Assembly: GCA_052327205.1 (NCBI GenBank)
Contig: CM126207.1
Location: forward strand, 183,334,001 to 183,398,000
Origin: Somniosus microcephalus
Taxonomy: Eukaryota
Length of the DNA stretch: 64,000 bases
Reading direction: 5' to 3'
Shown: positions 63,148 through 64,000 of the stretch, one piece after another
How the letters are laid out: the number at the start of each line of letters is the position of its first letter
How positions within the stretch are numbered: position 1 is the first letter of the stretch
Translations under genes and position numbers: made by a program
Notes under the pieces: generated by a model
The model's database searches: none
Told to the model about the DNA's origin: nothing
What the model saw: the letters and a program-made list of their open reading frames with translations, nothing else

Positions 63148-63410
63148 TGACGCTGCTCGGCCCTTGAACACCGGCTGCTCTCTGCGCGTTTCCTGCGTGC
63201 CTCTCTCCCCCATTGACGCTGCTCGGCCCTTGAACACCGGCTGCGCTCTGTGCGTTTTCCTGCGCGCCTCACTCTCCCGTTGACGCTGCTCAGCCCTTGA
63301 ACACCGGCTGCACTCTGCTCTCTCTCGTTGACGCTGCTCGGTCCTGAACACCGGCTGCGCCCTGTGCGCTCTACCCTCTCTCTTTCCCCCGTCGACGCTG
63401 CTCAGCCTTT
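63148..63410. repeat. Imperfect tandem repeat (about 48-67-bp period, 5 cores) in the Gypsy 5' leader
   Basis: GACGCTGCTC(G/A)GCCCTTGAACACCGGCTGC cores at about 63149, 63216, 63282, 63330 and a partial core at 63394. Confidence 0.85.
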
Positions 63411-63674
63411 TCCTGTGCCGTCAGTCAGCTCTAGCCGCCACTGTCCGGGAAGGGTCTGCGCAGTACCTGTTGCCAGCCTGTTTTGCTGGACCACCGTGAC
63501 TGGAGAACCAAGCCTGGCTCTCGTCAGCATCCCCTGCGATGCTCAAATCCCCGCTGGATGACTCGGGGGTTTCCCGTAGTTGACGCCCGTGCTTCTGGAC
63601 TCGGCCTTCTTCCACTGTTCTCCAGGAGCGAATCCCTGGGAGTTGATGCAGAGTTGCAGGTATGTTTGAATCTT

Positions 63675-63684
63675 CTCGTCGCCA
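63675..63684 (-). promoter_or_regulatory. Primer-binding site TGGCGACGAG, complementary to the 3' end of tRNA-Ser(GCU)
   Basis: Located 1 nt inside the 5' LTR; complementary to ...CUCGUCGCCA. Confidence 0.8.
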
Positions 63685-63685
63685 A

Positions 63686-63898
63686 TGTTAGATCCGTGTA
63701 TCTTGATGTTGTGTCCTTCAATAATTAGACAAGAGACTGCAGGGAACAATCAACAGGTGTTTACTGAATGAGGGTTACTCTAAAAACGAACTGTACAGGT
63801 CCCTACTCAGGGTTTATATACAGGTGTGGTCACTGCCGGTACTACAGTATACAGGAGCTGTAAAAAGTAGTTCTCCCCTTAAAGGTACATACATTACA
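63686..63898 (-). repeat. Gypsy 5' LTR (213 bp)
   Basis: Direct repeat of 58768-58980; minus-strand TATATAAA box and an AGTAAA poly(A)-like signal. Confidence 0.95.
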
Positions 63899-64000
63899 AT
63901 TTGGTTGTTTGTTTCATGGGGCCCTGGTCTGCCGCGAGGTCTCCGACGGTGTTTTACTTCTTCGAGAGGGAGCTTCTTCTTGGACTGACTTGACTTGACA

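Larger units (their letters stand above)
58768..63898 (-). mobile_element. Full-length Ty3/Gypsy (Mag-like) LTR retrotransposon, 5131 bp
   Basis: Paired 213-bp TG...CA LTRs; 5-bp TSD ATTTG (58763-58767 and 63899-63903); PBS and PPT present; domain order gag-PR-RT-RH-IN. Confidence 0.96.

Overview
Eukaryotic, repeat-dominated window. The repeat families resemble those I associate with cartilaginous-fish (shark) genomes; that assignment is an inference. Positions 1-48511 are one giant tandem array of a 16-bp monomer (consensus GGTATAGAGACCGCCC, frequent variant GGTGTGGAGACCGCCC) with multi-tier higher-order duplications. The array is interrupted once, at about 10430-14680, by a young 5'-truncated CR1-clade LINE with an SGNH-esterase ORF1 remnant, an intact 983-aa endonuclease/RT ORF2 and a (TTCTTATG)4 tail. 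The hundreds of minus-strand ORFs in the array are by-products of a monomer that has no stop codon on that strand. The array ends abruptly just downstream of a candidate minus-strand splice acceptor whose reading frame runs into the repeat. The remaining 15.5 kb holds a SINE head, L2 fragments, an internally deleted Harbinger transposon (16-bp TIRs, three-exon Myb/SANT pseudogene), a Penelope remnant with a degenerate minimal hammerhead ribozyme, and a full-length Gypsy LTR retrotransposon (213-bp LTRs, ATTTG TSD, three nonsense codons) nested in another probable LTR. No identifiable host protein-coding gene was found, and no new biological system can be established from sequence alone.
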